The translations under genes were made by a program, and so were the position numbers. Under the pieces are notes generated by a model. That model saw nothing but the letters and a program-made list of their open reading frames with translations, did no database searches and was not told the DNA's origin. Below, in pieces: positions 36,401 to 48,068 of a stretch of DNA of 64,000 bases (position 1 is its first letter; every line of letters begins with the position of its first letter). This stretch comes from Geosiphon pyriformis uo1 (Eukaryota; Fungi; Glomeromycota), in the NCBI GenBank assembly GCA_016748015.1, contig JAAOMT010000187.1:130087-194086 (forward strand), read 5' to 3'.

Positions 36401-38091
36401 CAGGCTTGATCCATATTCTTCTTAACTGCAATTTGTCTCTGGGTGAATCTTTTGTTAGTTTTTTTTGGTCTAGCAGTAGTGCACCTATGTCTACTGTTTT
36501 GGGCGAATTTAGGTTTTCCAAGTTTCTTCCTTCTTTCCGTCAGTTTGGCATTGTTTTTGTTAATCAACTTCATGATTGTTATAGTACCATCTTTGACTGG
36601 TATACCTTTAAGTAGTGGAAGAGGCTGGACCCCCATGGCCCCGTTCTGGAATAGTTCAGGCTTGCTACTGCGTTTTTCAATGATGCTTCTCTTCTTTCTG
36701 ATGATCAGTTTGTCTCAGATGGTGTTGTTTATTAAGATATTCTTGGTTCTGCTGATTATGCTTCTGTTTGTGGTCGTCTTTCTCAGGTCATTTCTGGTAG
36801 CTTGTCTGTTTACATGGACAGATCTTTGAAAAGTTTGGGTACTGCTGGCTGTAGAACTGGTGCTGCTGCTTTTTTTGAGGACATTGGTTTGGGTTTGGGA
36901 GTTGGTGTATTGGGCTTGATGTCATCCACCCTTGCAGAATTGCAGGCTATTGCATTGGCCTTGGAGTGTGTCTCTTCATCCTGTTCTGTTTGCATGTTTT
37001 CTGATAGTCAGTCTGCTTTGAATGCTTGTGAGTCAGAAATGGATCTTGTGTGTTCTGACTTTTGTAATCAGTATTGGGTTGAGCATCGGCATATTACTAA
37101 TGTTATTTGTAGTAAAAATTTGAGAGTTAGTTGGCACAAGATCAAAGGTCACTCTGGCATTTCTGGTAATGAGTGTGCTGATGAAATTGCTGGTGTTGTC
37201 TCTTTTTCCAGTTGGCATCTGCATCCTTGCTTGGATGAACATTTTCTGGTGGCTGATGGTGGTGTGGTTTCAGGCAATTCAAGACATTTTGTTCGTAATA
37301 TTTGCCAATTGATTTGTCGCACATGCTGGAAAGTTGGTTCTGGTGCTAGGTTTTTGAAGGATGATATACTTTTTGATGTTGACTGGTTCCGCTCTTCTAT
37401 GGTCTGGCATCCTGACTTGCATATGGCCACTGGCTCCACTAGCAGGCCCTTGGCTAATGCTCGTACCTATTTCATAAAGGCTCTGCATCACTGGTTACCT
37501 GTTGCTGTGAGGAAGCATCTTTATAATAAATGTTACCCTAGTGTGCTGTGTTTATATTGTGGTGATGTGAAGTCTTTGGATTATGTGTTCTTTTGTAAGG
37601 TCAATGATTCTGCTCATAGTCAGATATTGGATTCTCACATGGCTTCTTGGAAGGCTCTTACTGATTTGTCACTCTCCTCGTCGGCTGTAATGCAGCTTTT
37701 GTCATCTTGTGCTTCTGATTTCTCTGTGTTTGTGGCTCTATGCAAGAGTTTTGTGTTTAATGATTGGTTTTGCGAGGCTGTTTCTGTGTTCCGTGATCCC
37801 AAAATTACAGGACTGGAGGTGGTTAAGTTTGTGCACTCTCTTGGTCTTGCCTTTAGGGATGATGTTTGGATGGTTCGTGCTAAGCATCGTGCTTACATAG
37901 AGAAAGCCAAGTTAATTCTGTTGGATGGTTCAACACCTGTTTCAGTCTCTGGTCTGGTTTTGGGGTTTTCTGCTGGTGTTGTCAAGCTGTTTGGCATCAC
38001 TGAGGCTGTGGGCATTCATTTTGGTTTTCATAAACCATGTTTATTTTTTTCTGGTGTAGGCAGTTTAGTTTCAGTTCGTATATCTGAGTAG
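33404..38091 (+). pseudogene. LINE copy 3 ORF2 (APE-RT-RNase H-CCHC)
   Basis: ATCNVKG, TETKL, LGGDFN, IDY, TDH; LQDMKKTYDSVG, GLDQGEVF; AELQAI, FSDSQ, HKIKGHSGISGNECAD; CLYCG...FFC. Confidence 0.94.
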
Positions 38092-38635
38092 TGTTGTTCT
38101 GATTGGCCCGAGTGGCTGGTCACATGTAGACAATGCATGATTCACGCCTAGTATAGATCATTTCCTTGATGTGTAGCTCTAGGTAGTGTTTGGACCTCAC
38201 TCGTAAAATGAAATAAAAAAAAAATATTATTATTAAGCATGTAATTGTTTACATAAAATCAAATTTTTTTATTTTTTTCTGAAATAATATTATCAGTTTT
38301 TATTTTGTGTTAAATAATATTAGTTTTTCAAATTTATTTTTATTTATAAATATATTAATCTATTAATTAAATAATACTTAAAATTGTATTTTTTTTTTCT
38401 AATTATTCTAATTAAAATAGATAATATTTTTTTTGGCCTAAATTTGTAATGTAAAATTCATATATTTACACAATAAAATAAAATTTAAAATATTTGTTAA
38501 TAAGTAATTTTTAATTTTAGACTTAAATATTTAATAATATTATTAATTCAAATTTTTATATAGTTTTTTATTTTATTATAAATTAAAATTCTAATATTTT
38601 TGTGGTTTTTAGTTAATATATTTATTTTAATAATA

Positions 38636-40108
38636 ATAATATTAACAGAAATTTGAGATATTATTTAACATAAAATTATCTTTATAATTTTTATTATTAA
38701 TTAGTATATATTATTATTTCAAATTATTACTTAAAAAACAAATATATATCATATTATTATAAAAAGAAAAAAAAAAATTCAAAATTTTATGTCTTATATA
38801 ATTTTATATAACATGTAATTTTGAATTTTTATTAACCAATTAAAATATAAAAATGTTAAAATCTTATAACTTTAAATAATACATGATTTATTAACTAATT
38901 AAAATATAGAAATATAGTTTAATTTATGATACTTTTAGTATACTGAATTTTTTATGTTTATTATATAACTATATTCAAATATATTACAAAATCTTTAATG
39001 TTAATTTATAGAAGTTTTATAAATATAAAACTTGTTATATTGTGATATAATTAAGAAAACTTGTATATTAGAAAAATTTAATAATAAATAAAATTAAAAA
39101 TACAATATTAAAAATATAATAGATTAGGAAATAAAAAACATGAATAAAAAATATATTAGATTAAAAAATAAAAAACATACTAGATCAGAAGATAAAAAAC
39201 ATATTAAATTAAACACAAATTTTTGGTTATTTTTATATAAATAAAATAATATAATAAGTTGAAATGTTTAAATTAATATATTTTTATAATAATTTTAATT
39301 ATAAGTTTGATTATATTTATTATATAAATTTGATTATATTATATTATATATTTATAGTATATATATTTATAATTATGTATTATAAATATTATATTATTAT
39401 AATATAAAATAATATTATTATAGAATATTTTATTATATATTTTATTAAAAAACAAGAAAAAATGGTTTTATAATAATTAATAATAATATAATATATGTTT
39501 ATCTTCTTATTATATTATCAAATTATTTGAATTATTATTTAATTAATAATTTAATATATAATGATTAGATTATATAATATATTAAATTACATAATATTTA
39601 AATTTTATTAAAATGTTTAATAATTTAATAAAATATTTAATAATCTACTAAAATAATTTATAGTTTGCAAAAATAACTTGTAGTTTGATAAAATATATTT
39701 TTAATTTACTAAAAAATCAAAAAAAAAGTTAAATTATAGAATAGTATTATAACAAGTTGTATAAAAAAACTTTTTTTTTTGAAAAAAAAATTTTTCTTAA
39801 AATTAATTTTCTATTAGATATTTTAACTTAGAAACATATTCTTACAAATTAAATTAATAAAAACTTACTTTGAAAATCTAACTATCTAATTATTACTATT
39901 TTAAAAATTAATTTTTTTATACTAATATTCTGAAATTAATTAATTATTAATTTCAGTAACTATTAGTAACTTTTAGGTTTAAATTTAAAATAACTTTTTT
40001 GACACATTTTAACTTATTTTAATTTATTTTTTTTATTTTTTTATATTATTAAATAGTCTGCAGTTAAAATTTTCTGTAGAAAAATTAACTTTTATAGCAA
40101 AATAAATA
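38636..40108 (+). mobile_element. Heavily decayed family-A-like LTR fragments mixed with other AT-rich relics
   Basis: 38640-38730 matches the LTR start; about 39480-40108 matches the U3 array, ACAAGTTGTATAAAA and the first hairpin module in transition-saturated form. Confidence 0.65.
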
Positions 40109-40109
40109 G

Positions 40110-43100
40110 ATCTGTGGCTCCTCTCTTGGCTTAATTGATTATGGCATAGATGAAAATAATGGACCCCTCCCTTTTTCTCTTAAAATCTCTTTGGAAAAAA
40201 AATGGGTTGACCCAAAAATTGTCAAATCTCAAGTTGAAGTGTCTGTCAGAAAGTTTTTTGCTCTTGATATCAATCTTAGTGCTGTGAAAAGGAAATCAGC
40301 AATGGCAAAGACTCATTTCATCAGAAAAATTTTTTTATCAGTCAATGGTTTTGGAGAGGCCACTACTTTCTCAAAATTTGAAAGGATCATTCAATCAACA
40401 TTTACTTCAAAAAAAGCATAAAAATAGCTGTTTCATTGGCCAGAGAAAAAGAGATCATCGTAAACAGTGATCTTAAGAAACAAGGATTTGTTCAGATTGG
40501 GCTATAGTAATTAAGGAAATTCTTATGAATATGCCAAAGAAAATGATTGTCATCGCACTAGTTGAGTTTGGTAAAATTAAGTTGATCAAAATTCAACTGA
40601 TTGGAATGTGGCAAAAAGCTGTAATGAAGTTTGCTAAATCAGACCAAGCTAATTTGTTGGTCTCTAAGTAGTTATTCCTGATTGGTAAAGATTCTGTGTA
40701 TGTAACTAAAGCAGTAGGAGATTGTGAAACTTGGGCTTTAAGGGATTGATTCAAAGCACTTTTGTTTACTTTACTAGTGGGAACAATGGCACATAATTTT
40801 AAGACTCTTTTGGAAGGGGCTGGTAAAAAAACCTGCATCATAAATAGATCTCTGAAAACTGGTAATAAAATTCACTGTGCTGTGGTTGGTTTTGAATCTG
40901 ATAATAATCTGGAATCTGCCTTTTGCACAGAACCTATTTATAATGAAATAAAACTGTTTTGGGCTAGGATAGATTTGATTTATTGTGTAAAGTGTGGGTG
41001 TTTTGGATATTCAGCTTTTGAATATGATGCTTTGGAAGTACTTGTGCTGCCATTATCTAAGAAGTTATATAAAAAAATTGCTTCAGAAGAAGCTCACTTT
41101 CAGCTTGCTAAGTTGTATAAAAAAAAAGATGTTCCAATCTCTTATCCTGCTGTCTTTGGTGGCAAATCTTGGGCCCAAGTGGTCTCACTAGCTAATTCTT
41201 CTGGTGGTACTCACTTCAAGTCTGGTTCTAGTTCTTCTTCTCTTGACATCTCATATTTGAGTAGTACTCTTCCTTTTACTTCAGATAATAACTCTGGCTT
41301 GAGTGATTGTTTAGTAGTATTAAAATACTCCTTAGAGCTTTTGTTGAATCAGATTTCTGTTTTGTTGAAAAAATTGAGCTTTGTGAAGTTAATACCTTTG
41401 ACTGTATCTCTTTTTGCTTCTCTTTCAGTTGCTTCTGTTTTTTTAGCTCCTGTTCTGGATTTGGATATGGTTTTAGACAATGTGTTGGTGTTATTCACTT
41501 CTTCTGTTGGTTCAGACTTGGTGGCCAATTTCAGCTCTAGTAGTTTTAAGATTCTAACCACCAAAATGGGTAGATTGGAATCCAAAATGGTGGCTTTGAA
41601 GGCTTCTATTAATTCAGTTTTAGGAAGGTTGAATTGTCTGTGTTCTGGTTTGGGTTTGTCAACTCTCTCTTCATTTCAATGATAAGTTTTGTTTGGAAAA
41701 TTGCTATGTGCAATGCCCGAGGTATGAACAATTCTATGAAACAGGAAGACATTGTTTGTTGGCATAAGAATATGAGCAATTTGATTTCGATCATTACTGA
41801 GATTAAGTTGAAGAATAGAGTCTGTCTGTAAATTGCTGACAAGTTTAATGATGTCCGTGTTTTTACTTCTGGTTTGAATTCTGGACACTTGAGTTCCAGT
41901 GTTGCTATAATTATAGATTCTTTTTTGGCAAAACATGTGTGCAAAGTTTCTGAAGTGCCTGGTCAAATCCTATCTATTAGACTTCTTTTCAAAAATAAAC
42001 TCTCTGTGTTGGTCTTAAGACTTTATGCTGATGCTTCATCTAAAGTTCGGTTTTTACAGGCTGGTAAGATCAACTTTCTTATTGCAAAGGCTGTTAATGA
42101 ATCTTCTTTCATCATCTTTGGTAGTAACTTCAATAAAGATGGTTTGCAAAAATGTGCTAGTTTTAAAAAGTGTATCAGTTTGGGGCTGGTCAATTCTTTG
42201 ATGGGAAGTTCATCTGTGGATTGTTCTATATAAAGTAATACAAAAAATGCAAGGAAGACAATTGATTATATTTTAGTTTTATCAAATTTAGTCAGTGCAG
42301 TTGTAAGTTGCAATGTCTTAGATGTTGGCAATCACTTTGACACTAATTATCATGCTATTTCTGTTTTGGTGGGTCTGAGTGGTTTGCTAGACACTTAGTT
42401 GAACTCTCTTTGCAAGCAGACAAATAGAAATTGCTGGAAGTTTGATTTTGATAATGCTAATAATGCAAAGTGAGACAAGTTTAAAGATGCTATAACAGTC
42501 AATGCTGCTGTGTTTTTTGATAATTTTACCATCTTCAAGCATTTCTTGAACTTGGACATGATATGAGATACAATTTGCAAAGTTATATCGCTTTTGGCTG
42601 ATGAGATATTCAGGAGAAAATAGTTTAAGGGCTTTGATGGTGTTTTTATCAAGGAATCTTCTAAGTTTTATAAACTCAAGCTTTTGGTCTCAAAGATTGC
42701 TAAGGCCTCTCATAAAGGGGATAGTAATAGGTTTGCTTTCTTTATGAGATGCTGGGATTCTTTGGACAATGTTAAAGCTTCAATTGTACAGAAATTTGTG
42801 GACTCTAGTACGAGTTTTAATCATGTTTGCTTAGATCTTTTTAGTGTATGAAAAACATATCATGCCTCCAAGCTTGCTGAGTCTTCGTGAGCTAAAGAAT
42901 CAAGAATAAGATTGGCTATTGATAGATGAATGGAGAATTTTGCAGTCAACAAAAGCAACACAATTAGAAGTATGCTAGAACATCCTTTTTGAAAAGTGGT
43001 TTTGAACCATCTGATGGTTAGAGATAAATTAATTCTGGAACCTAATCTGGTTAAGGCCAAGGTTGACATTGTTATGGAAGACTGAACCAGAAAACACAAT

Positions 43101-46100
43101 ATAGTAAAGGATTTTTCTGATAATTGGTCTCGTCAATATCAGCCATTGGAGTACATTTTTGATGATGCTTTTTCAAATGTGATGTGCTTGGTTAGTTTTA
43201 ATGAGCTACTTGAGGTGGTTTTTAATCTGTCTGATGGCAAAGCTGTTGGTTTTTCTGGGGTGTTAAATAAGCTTTGAAAGCATTGCAATGAATTGGTCTT
43301 AGATATGCTTTTAGTGCTTTTAAACTCCTGTTTGTTTTGTGAATCAGTGCCTAATGCTTGGAAAGAAGCTTGGGTCTCAATGATTCCAAAACCATATGAG
43401 TAGGAAGGAGTTTTTATAAACACCTAATCTATTGCCTTGATCGAGACCACTTGCAAAATTCTTTCCAAAATTCTCTTAAACAGGATTTCTTTGGCATGTA
43501 GCTCTTTTGATGTCTTGCACGGAAACAATTTCTCAGTTCTAAAAGATACGATGATGCAATCTCACATTTTTGTCATTGGTTTGGTTATTGAGAATGCCTT
43601 GGAAAAGAACCGTAAACTTTGGCTGGTCTTGTAGGACATGCAAAAGGCTTACAATTCTGTTGGTTGGTTAGAATAAAGATGTGTAACAAGTTTATTAGAT
43701 TTTTTGGTAACATTTACAATAATTGTGTTAACAGAGTGATGACAGATTTTGGTTTAACAAATGAATATCAAGTGCATAATAGTTTGGATTAGGGTGAAGT
43801 GTTTTCACTGTTTCTTTGGTGCATATTTTATGATCTTCTTTTGTGTAAAATCAAGAGACAGGAGAGCATTTGTGGATATAGGCTGAACTTTAATTTTGTT
43901 GCCAAGACCAGTTGTTTGAAATCTCAAGCTGGATTAACATCTTTTCTTGCTGCTGGTGCTTTTGTTGATGACACAATTTGGATTGGTAACAGCCAAGCTA
44001 CAATCCAACACATTCTTAATGTTGCTAGCAAATTTTTTCGGATCAATAACATATTTATTAACAATGACAAAACAGTGGTGATTCCCATTAATTGTAGAGT
44101 TACATGTCCCAATTTGTCTATCAACGGTTTGCCTATATCTATTGCCAAAAAAAGAGAGTCTCATCACTATCTGGGAATTTTTTTGTCTACTGAGAGTTTA
44201 TCAAAGCCTAGTCTGGCTAAGACCAATGCTAATGTTAGATTTTTTGCCAATCTGGTTTTAAGAAAAACCATTTCTGATAAACAGTTCTTGTATCTGGTGT
44301 TGGCAATTCTCCAACCTATTGTCAGCTACAGAACACAATTCAGTTTTGTTTCTATTAGTACATGTGATAAGTGAGACTCTTTGATTCACAGAGGCTTAAA
44401 GCTAAAGTCTGGTCTACCTTTAGATTTTCCCAATAATGCACTTTATTATCCTTTATTATATGGCTTGAAAACTTTCAAGCAAGTCCAAGCTAAGAGCAAG
44501 ATTGCTTCTATTGTGTGCTTTGCAAATTCTCTTAGGATTTTGGGTCAGTTGTTTTTGTACAGGTCTCATGACTTGCAGGTTCTGTCTTGGAGTCCACTTC
44601 ATTTATTGGTGTCCCCAACATATATAAAAGTCAGTGCTTCTAATAATTTTTTGGCAGATGTGGTTTGTATTTTTCTTGGATGTAGTCTGTTTTTGGGTGG
44701 TCATGTGAACAATTCTTTCCATTTTCATGGTGAAACTCCCATGTCTTCTGTTTTTAGCAAGACTGATTATTTTAAGTTTTTTCCATCTCTTTAGAGATAT
44801 GGTATTGTCTTTGTTAACCAACTTTACAGTAAAAATAGAGCTGTTTTTGATTGGAAGACATTTAGGCATTGGAAGAAGCTAAACCCATGTGGTTCTATTC
44901 TTGAATTGTTTAGACTTTCTGTTAACTTTCTCAATGGTGTTGCTTTTTTCTCTGCCTGTTTTTTTTCTACAAGTGCTGCTGAGTCTTTAGATATTTTGGA
45001 ATCTAGTAAGTTTAGATTAATTCATGATCAGTTGCTGAATCTCGGGACTGACTGTTTTTCTGTCTATATGGATGGATCTCTGAGGGGCTTGGGAAGTGTT
45101 AACATAAGAGCTAATACAACAGTTTTTTTTGAGAACATAAGCTTGAGTTTGAGAGTTAGGATATCTGGTTTAATGTCTTCTACTTTGGCTAAGCTGCAGG
45201 CCATTGCATTGGCTGTTGAGTGTGTTTCTTTTAATAGCTCAGTTAGTGTCTTTATAAACAGTTAGACTGCCTTGGATGTGTGCAAATCAGAATTGGGTCT
45301 GATTTATCCAGATTTTTAGAATTGCTGTTGGGTTGAGCATTGGCATATTGTAAACATTATTAGGAAAAAGAATTTGAGTATTAGCTGGCACAAGGTGAAA
45401 GGTCATTCAGGTGTTATGGGCAACAAGTGTGTTGATGTGCTTACTGATGCTGCATCTTTCTCTCCCTGGTGTTTTATTCCTCATGTAAAGAAACATTGTA
45501 TTTTAGCTGAAGGTAATGTCATTTTTGGTAACTCTAGGCATTTTGTTCATGGAGTCTTTCAGTCTATTCTTTGTGCATACTGGGAGGTTGGTTCAGGCTT
45601 TAGGGTTTTAGATAATAATTTGTGCTTAAACATTGATTGGCTTAATTCATTATTGGTGTAGCATTCAGACTTATACATGGCTGCTGGCTTTACCAGTAAA
45701 TCTATGTCTGGCATTCACACATATTTCATGAAAGCTTTACATCATTGACTGCTGGTTGCTGTTTAGAAGTAATTGTATAACAGATACTACTTGAGTGTGC
45801 TGTGTCTATACTGTGATGAAATTAAAGTTTCTGATCATGCTTTTTCTTATGTGGTCAATAATTCTGTTTATAGTCACCTATTAGATGCTTACGTTGCTGT
45901 TTGGGGTGCACTTTCTGGTCTTTCTGTCTCCTCTTCAAGTGTTTTTTTATTACTGTCTTCTTGTATCTCAAATGTCATAGTTTGCACAGCTCTTTGCAAG
46001 AGATTTGTTTTTAAAGAATGGCTTTGAGAAGCTATATCTGTCTTTAGAGGTACAAAGTTAGCTAGTCAGAAGGTTGTTGAATTTGTCCATAACTTGTGTC

Positions 46101-46482
46101 TTGCTTTTAAGAACAAAGTTTGGTTGGTCTGCACTAAACATCAAGCCTGCATGGAGAAGAATGAGATAATACCACAGGACAGTTTGGCTCTGGCTTCAGT
46201 TTCAGAGCTGTCTGCAGTGCTTTTTATAAGTGTTGTTAGATTACTGGGTATTGCTAAGGTGATTGGTATTGGTTTTGGATTTTGCAAGTCTTGTTTGTTT
46301 TTTTTAGGTATTAGGGACTTAGTTTCAATGCATATAAACACTTAGTATGATCCTGATTGGCCTGAGTGGCTGGTTGCATATAGAAAACACATGATTCACG
46401 TCTAGTTTAGATCAGTTTACTTGATGTATTATACTAGATAATATTTGAACCTCATTTGTAAAATTAATAAAAAAAAAAAAAA
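40110..46482 (+). mobile_element. LINE copy 4, 5'-truncated within ORF1
   Basis: ORF1 remnant to 41682, ORF2 41679-46345, 3' UTR, poly(A) at about 46466-46482. Confidence 0.93.
41679..46345 (+). pseudogene. LINE copy 4 ORF2 (APE-RT-RNase H-CCHC)
   Basis: RT catalytic GAFVDDTIW intact; RNase H VYMDGS and WHKVKGHSGVMGNKCVD; CLYCDEIKVSDH. Confidence 0.92.
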
Positions 46483-48058
46483 ACAATAAACATATTTTAA
46501 AGCTTTTACAACAACTTTTTAAAACTATTTAACAAACAATAATATTATTAAAAATAGCTATTAACAAAAAAAATAATAATACAAAATTACAAGCAAAAAT
46601 AAGATAAACAAAAATTTAATTAAAACTGAATATTTACAATCTTATATAGTATTAAACAAATAAAACTTTAATATATAAACAATAAAAAAAGTAAAAAAAG
46701 TCTTAAATAATTTAATTATAAAACCAAATACTAAAAAATAGATATTTAAAACCACTATAACATAAAAAAAAAACTTTTATTAACACATTAATTTTTAAAA
46801 ATTAATAAAAAACTAGATTTATAAACACTATATATAAATAAAACCAATTGAATATTTAATAAAAAAAATTTGTAACAAGTAAAACAATTTATTAAAAGAA
46901 ACAATTTAATATTATACTATAAAATAATTTACTAATTATACTTAATATTTAAATACTGTTTAATAATTATAATTAACAATATTAAACAAATAACTAATTT
47001 TCAGTTGAAAAACTACAAAAAGCAATATTTAACACAATATTAAATATTATACTAAAAAAATAACTTTTAAAAATATATATAAATTTGCAAAAGCTTAATT
47101 TTAAAAAAAATAATGTTATTTAAGTAAAAAAACTGATCAAAAATTTATTAAAAAATGATAATTAACATATAATAACACAAAACAATACAAAATAACTAAC
47201 AATAATATAGAATAATTAGTTATAATATAAAAAAATAAAGCAATAATTAACATAATAAACAATAATTAGTAATAATAAACAATTAAAAGTAATCTTATAA
47301 AATTAAAAAAAATATAAAAACAAATAATTATAATAAACAAAAAAAGACAGAATTAAATTTATTTTAATTTTTAATAATATCTTTAAATTTATTTATTTTT
47401 TTAAATTTTTTCATATCTTTTATTATCTTAATAAAAATATTATTAATTTTTTTAAAATTTTCATAATTTTGAAAACTTGTACTTAATATTTAATTTCTTA
47501 TTAAAAACATTATTTATCTTTATTTTAAGTTAAATACAATTAGCATAAATACTTTTAAAACTTTAATAATTTGGATCAATTACTTTTAATTATAGTAATT
47601 AACAGAATACTAATTTTTTTATTTTTTATTTTTTAAAAAATGGCAACATTAAAAATTGACTGTTTTAGAATTAAACTTTGTAATAATTTGGTAAAAAAAA
47701 TAAATATTAAATATTAAATTTATTTTGTTAACTTACCAAAAAAATAAAAAAACACTATCAAACTTTAATAATTATAATTAACTAATATAGAATAAAATTA
47801 TAACAACATAACTATAATGTTATAATTTAAAAATTTAACAAAAAATTATAAAATAATATAAATTATTCAATTATAATATAATACAGTATTAATTTTAAAA
47901 AAATAATAATTAATATAATAATAAGCACTATTTTATAATAGCAACAAATACTAATTTATAATAATAGTAAATACCAATTAGTAATAATAATAAACACCAG
48001 ATTAAGATATTAAAAAAAGTATTACAATGTGTTTTCTTATAAAACTACAAATATATAT
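46483..48058. other. AT-rich relic, possibly the 3' end of an old LTR element
   Basis: A-rich skew; a PPT/LTR-junction-like AAAGCTTAATTTTAAAAAAATAATGTTA near 47090-47120. Otherwise unreadable. Confidence 0.4.
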
Positions 48059-48068
48059 TGTTATTCAT

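Larger units (their letters stand above)
31327..38224 (+). mobile_element. LINE copy 3, apparently full length and the least decayed
   Basis: Pyrimidine-rich 5' UTR, ORF1 ATG 31452, ORF2, 3' UTR, AATAAA/poly(A) at 38212-38224. Confidence 0.95.

Noticed and set aside
31300-38240. Target-site duplications of the LINE copies
   Set aside because: The flanks are too A/T-rich to distinguish a TSD from chance matches.
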